NCBI GenBank assembly: GCA_964504535.1
Contig: CAZDED010000003.1
Span: 6,850 to 70,849, forward strand
Direction: 5' to 3'
Origin: an uncultured Gammaproteobacteria bacterium
GTDB lineage: Bacteria > Patescibacteriota > Microgenomatia > Levybacterales > GWA1-39-11
Length of the DNA: 64,000 bases
Positions within the stretch are counted from its first letter, which is position 1, and each line of letters starts with the position of its first letter. Positions 15,001-21,000 of this stretch are shown piece by piece. Position numbers and translations under genes: made by a program. Below the pieces are notes generated by a model that was not told where the DNA came from, did no database searches, and worked only from the letters and a program-made list of their open reading frames with translations.

Positions 15001-18000
15001 CCTGTACCTGTTGAGAATGTGTATGCTCCAACTTGTGTTATGTTGTTGTTAAAGGTACTTATTCCATTAACTGTAAGTGCACCCCCAAGTGTAGTAAGAC
15101 CGGTACCGACTGTAAATGTATTTGCTCCCGTAACTGATGTATTTCCATTCAGAATTGTCAACGCATTTATATTAAGATTTCCCACACCATTGAGAGGACT
15201 GATTGTGATCTCTCCCGTAGTATCTCCACCTATTGTCAACGTGTTGAACTCCGTTGTTTGGATTGATCTTGGCGCACCAGCAAGAGTAAGGTTGCCAGAT
15301 ATTGAGGCAGCACCTGTCGTAGTGAGATTTGTGAATGTAGCTGCGGCTGGGGTTGTCGCTCCGATAACGGTTCCGTTGATACCAGTTGCAGTCACATTAA
15401 TATTTGCAGCTCCAACCAACAGATCATTTCCACCAAACTGAAGTGTAGAAGATGAAAGTCCGGTCAAATTGAGAAGTCCTGAAGTACCAGTGAGACTTAC
15501 TGCACCGGTTGTTACTGTTAGGCCATTTGATGCTGTCAAAAGAGCATTTGACGTTATAGTTCCAGTACCTGTTGTTGCAATGTTTCCACTTGTCGTCAGG
15601 TTTCCAAGCTCGTTGATGGTGAGTGTCGCTGATCCCGAAGATTGGATCTCAAGCGAAGTATTTGTATTAGCATTATTATCATTGATGATAAATGCCGAAG
15701 CGGTACCAAGGTTTGTGAGAGTGAGTGAAGTTGTCTGATCCTGACCCAACGTGAATGCAAGATTTCGACCCGGAGTTGTCGTGATTGTGTTTCCTGTGTT
15801 ATATGCAGCTTGAAGTCCGAAAGGCGCTCCGTTACAGAAAGCGAGGTTGTTGCTTACATCCAGACAAAGTGTATTTCCATTCTGAGTCTGGAGGCCATTG
15901 ATTTGAATTCTCTCTGTTGCAGAAGTATTGAATACAACGTTGTTCCCTGTTGAAGGTGCAAATACTGCAGCTCCGGATGCCAGTAACGTATTTCCTGTTG
16001 AGATAGTAAGGCCCCCATTAAATGTGGCAAGGCCGGCAACATCTAGAGTGCTGCCAAGGGTTGTGGCGCCTGTTCCGACTGTAAATGTATTTGATCCGGT
16101 AACTGAAGTATTTCCGTTCAAAGAAACTGCTCCGGTTCCTGTTGAGAATGTCCCAGTTCCAACCTGACTAATATTGTTGTTGAACGTTGCAGCCCCTTGA
16201 ACACTCAAAAGACCGGTAATGTCTGTGTTGCCGGCAATTTGTACAAGCCCCGTCGTATTGCCTCCAATAGTAAGGGTATTAAAATCAGTCGTTTGGATAG
16301 AACGTGGAGCGCCTGCAAGTGTCAGATTGCCTGAAAATGAAGCGTTTCCTGTTGTTGTTAGGGTCGTAAAATTACCGGTTGATGGAGTAGTTACACCAAT
16401 TGCTGTGTTATTGATGCCGGTAGCAGTCGTTGTGAAGTTGGATGATGTAAACGTCAGAGCATTTGCACCTGCATCAAATGTAGATGCCCCAAGCCCGGTA
16501 AGAACAATTGCACCAGATGTACCCGTAATATTCACAGCTCCAGCTGTGACAGTAAGGCCATTTGAGGCAGTTAAAAGTCCATTAGATGTAATCGTTCCGC
16601 CTGATGTTGTAAGAAGGTTTCCAATAGTTGAGAGATTCCCGTTCTCAGAAATTGTTAATGTAGCCGAACCGCTTGATTGAATAGCTAAAGCATTTTGCAC
16701 AGAAGCATTTGTGTCATTGATCACAAATGCGGCGCTACCTGTTCCTGCATTAGTAAGCAAGAACTGTCTGGACGAAAGATCTGCAAGGGTGAAGTCGATA
16801 TTCCCGTGAAGATCATTTGCAACTATAGTATTACCCGAATTATATGCCTGTTGTAGGGTGACATTGAGAGCGTTTGATGAACAGACAGAAAACTCGTTGA
16901 GTCCATTTCTACAGACAACAGAAAAGCCAACAGTTCCTGAAAGATTTGGAATTCTCGTAATAGTATTTAGAACTATTTGTCCCGTTCCATCAGGTGAAAG
17001 GGTAAGGTCTTCATTTGAGTTTGTCGTGATATCTGTCGCAGCACCAGAAAATATGAGGCCAGTAGAACCGATTGATTTATTTGAAAGAGTCTGGGTCTGG
17101 TTTGCAAACACGAAAGTGTCATCTGCAGTGAGCGCTGGAATAGTTGCAAATCTTGAAGCAACAGGAGCAATTGACGTAATTGTCGTAGTGTTTGTTGTTC
17201 CAAGAACTATCTGGTTTGTTGAGTTGGTAAGATTAAGTGAAGCAAAAGTAGGGGATGAAGTTGCAGCAATATCTTGAGGAAGAGAGAGTGCAATAGTCCC
17301 TGACCCATTCGTCACGAGAACTTGATTTGAAGTACCGGTAATAGTATTCAAACTAAATCCTGACCCATTCCCAATGAGAAGAGCTCCATTTGGAGCAGCA
17401 GATGCATCTACACCTGTTCCACCTCTTAAAGGAGCGAGTTGTTGTTCTGTTGCAAGAACCCCTGATGCATTATTGATAATAACACCAGCTGTATTAAATG
17501 GTGTGATAGTTACTGAGGTGTTAGCTGTTAGGCCAGTAAACACTGCGGTTGATGGAGTTGTCGCACCAATTGCAGTACTATTGATTCCTGTTGCCGTGAC
17601 ACTAAGATTTGCTGCCCCTATGAGTAAATTATTTCCCCCAAATTGAAGTGATGAGGCTGACAAGCCTGATAAATTAAGTGCACCGGATGTACCCGTGACA
17701 TTGACTGCACCGGTGGTTACTGTAATTCCGTTTGAAGCGGTTAGAAGTCCTGCAGATGTTATTGTTCCAGTCCCAGTTGTTAGGATATTTCCACTTGTTG
17801 AGAGATTACCAATAGAAGTTAGGTTTCCATTCTCAGAAATAGTAAGAGTAGCAGCACCGCTTGATTGGGCTTGAAATACGTCTTGGACTGAAGCATTCGT
17901 GTCGTTGATAACAAATGCAGCCGACCCGGTACCAGCATTTGTAAGGAGGAATTGGCGGGATGAAAGGTCAGCAAGGGTAAAGTCAATGTTCCCTTCGGAG

Positions 18001-21000
18001 TCAGTTGCTGATATTGTATTTCCTGCTTCGTATGCAAGTTGAAGTGAAATGTTTGCAGCGTTTGCCGGACATTCGGTTATTTCGTTACTTATGTCATCAC
18101 GGCAAAGGGTAGTTGCACTTAGTCCAGCAGTCGGAAGATTAAGTAACTTGGTTATATTTGAAAGGACAATCTGACCGGTCCCATCTGGGGTAATCGTAAG
18201 ATCTTGGTTAGAAACCGTAGTGATATCTGTTCCAACCCCATTAAAGGTTAACGACCCGGTAGCTGTAATTGCACCCGTTGATAAGGAGCTGCTTGTGACA
18301 GAACCCGTTGTTATAAGATTTCCATTCTCAGAAATCGTGAGAGTTGCAGAACCGCTGCTTTGGATAGACAAAGCATTTTGGATAGAAGCATTCGTGTCAT
18401 TTATGACAAATGCTGCCGATCCTGTCCCGGCATTGGTAAGTAAGAATTGGCGGGATGAAAGATCTGCAAGAGTAAAGTCAATGTTGCCTTCACCATCTGT
18501 TGCACTAATAGTGTTGCCTGCTTCATAAGCAAGTTGCAGTGAAATATTTGCAGCGTTTGCCGGACATTCCGTTATTTGATGGGACGAATCGTCACGGCAT
18601 AGAGTCGTTGCAGCAACTCCTGCAACAGGCAGATTTTCAAGACGCGCTATATTGGAGAGCACAATTTGACCGGTTCCATTTGGAGTGAGCGTAAGATCTT
18701 CATTACTGACGGTGATTATGTCATTGGCAGCTCCTGAAAATACAAGCCCTGACGCCCCAATTGTTTTGTTAGTTAATGTCTGTGTTTGTGCGGCAAATAT
18801 AAAAGTGTCGTCAAACGTCAACGCAGGAAGTGTTGCAATTCGTGGCGCACCTGGGGCAGGTGAATTTATGGTCGTAGTGTTGATGGTTCCGAGAGATATT
18901 TGGTTGGTAGTTGCAGCAAGACCGAGGTTTCCAGCATAAGAAAGGGTTGCCGCATTGTCTCCGGCATTATTAACAAATGCCAACTGATATGTTGGAGCGG
19001 TAGTTAGAATCTGATTTTGAAGACTAAAAGTAAGATTGTTTGAGGAAGCTCCATTCCAATATGATCCCTGAAGTGACAAAAGATTTGAGTTGTTAAGAGT
19101 CGCACCGCTCGTTGATGTAGCAAGCCTCAATAATGACAATGTATCGGTGCCAGTTTGATCTCCCACATTAAATGCAGTCAAAGAGGTGATTGTCGTACCG
19201 TCATCCGTAAAATTAGAATCTCCGATATTTGATCCCGTTACAGTAAATTTAGCTAGTCTATTTAGCGTACCGGCACCACCGACAACGCCACCAGCACCTG
19301 CACAGTTTCCGACAGTAAGACAAACTGTTCCATCATAGTCTGGAATACTAATAGTCCGCAGCGTACCTGTTGTAATCTGACTTAGATCAAACAAGAATTG
19401 CTTCGTATTGTCTCCGCTATTCTGGAACGTGATCGAGTTGTCGGTCAGCAATTTGTTAGTCAATGTCTGACTTTGATTGGCAAATATGAATGTGTCATTT
19501 GCGGTAAGACCGGGAATCGTTGCGATCCTTGCAGCAGCTGGCGCTACGGAATTTATCGTAGTGGTATTAGTTGTTCCCAATACTAACTGGTTTGTTACAG
19601 CTTGTGATGTCAAAACTCCTGCGGTAGTTAGATTTCCATTTTCGTTGACAGTAAGAGTTGTTGATCCATTTGATTGGACTTCAATTCCATTTTGGTTTGC
19701 AGCATTCGTGTCATTTATAACAAGCGCCGATGACGCTGTACCTGCGTTTGTAAGAGTCAATGCCCGAGATGAAAGAGCTGCAAGAGTAAGTGAAATGTCA
19801 CCAAATGCATCTGTTGCAGAAATTGTGTTTCCAGCTTCGTATGCGAGTTGGAGTGAAATATTTGCAGCGTTTGCTGGACATTCCGTTATTTGATGGGACG
19901 AATTATCACGACAAAGAGTCGTTGCAGCAACACCAGAAACAGGCAGATTTTCAAGACGTGTAATGTTTGAAAGGACTATTTGCCCTGTCCCATCAGGGGT
20001 AATTGTGAAGTCTTCATTTGACAGTGTTGAAATATCGGTCGCAGCTCCTAAGAACACAAGCCCAGTTGTTCCAATCGTTTTATTTGTGAGCGTTTGAGTC
20101 TGTTGTGCAAAAATAAATGTATCATCAACAGCTAGGGCAGGTAAAGTAGCGACACGTGGAGCAGCGGGAGCAATGGAACTTATTGTTGTCGTATTTCCAG
20201 AACCCAGTACAACTTGATTTGTTGCTGCTTGGGCAGTCAACGTTGTCGCTGAAAGGATTGATCCTGTACCGGTTGTTAATATGTTTCCTGCGGTTGAAAG
20301 TAATCCTGTCTCATTTATGGTAAGCGTCGCAGAACCACTACTTTGGATGACCAACGAATTATTGACTGATCCGCTGGTATCGTTGATTACAAAAGCACTA
20401 GCTGTTCCTACATTTGTGAGGAGTAAGGAGGTGGATAGACCAGATCCCAATGTAAAGTCGATATTTCTATTTGCAGATGTAGTTAATGTATTTCCTGAAT
20501 CATAGGCAAGTTGCAATGAAACATTGCTGGCATTTGCCGGACATTGCGTTATTTCGTTGCTAATATTGTCACGGCAAAGGGTAGTTGCAGCAACACCTGC
20601 AGATGGAAGACTGCCCAGTCTTACTGTGTTAGAAAGAACGATTTGCCCTATACCTGAAGCGGAAAGCGTGAGATCTTCGTTACTTGCGGTCGTGATATCT
20701 GTTGTTGCTCCTGAGAATATAAGTCCGGTAGACCCGATTGTCTTATTGCTTAATGTCTGAGTCTCATTTGCAAATACGAATGTATCAGATGCGCTAAGAG
20801 CAGGAATGGTTGCTGTTCTAGGAGCAGACTGTGAATTGGCATTTATAACTAACGTATTCCCGGCAGCACCAAGAGTAAGTTGGTTACTTGTATTTGAAAG
20901 AGACTGGGATGCGAATGTCGGCGAAGATGTCGCCGCAATATCTTGAGGGGTAGAAAGAACGATTGTGCCACTACCGTTCACAACATTTACCTGATTTGAT

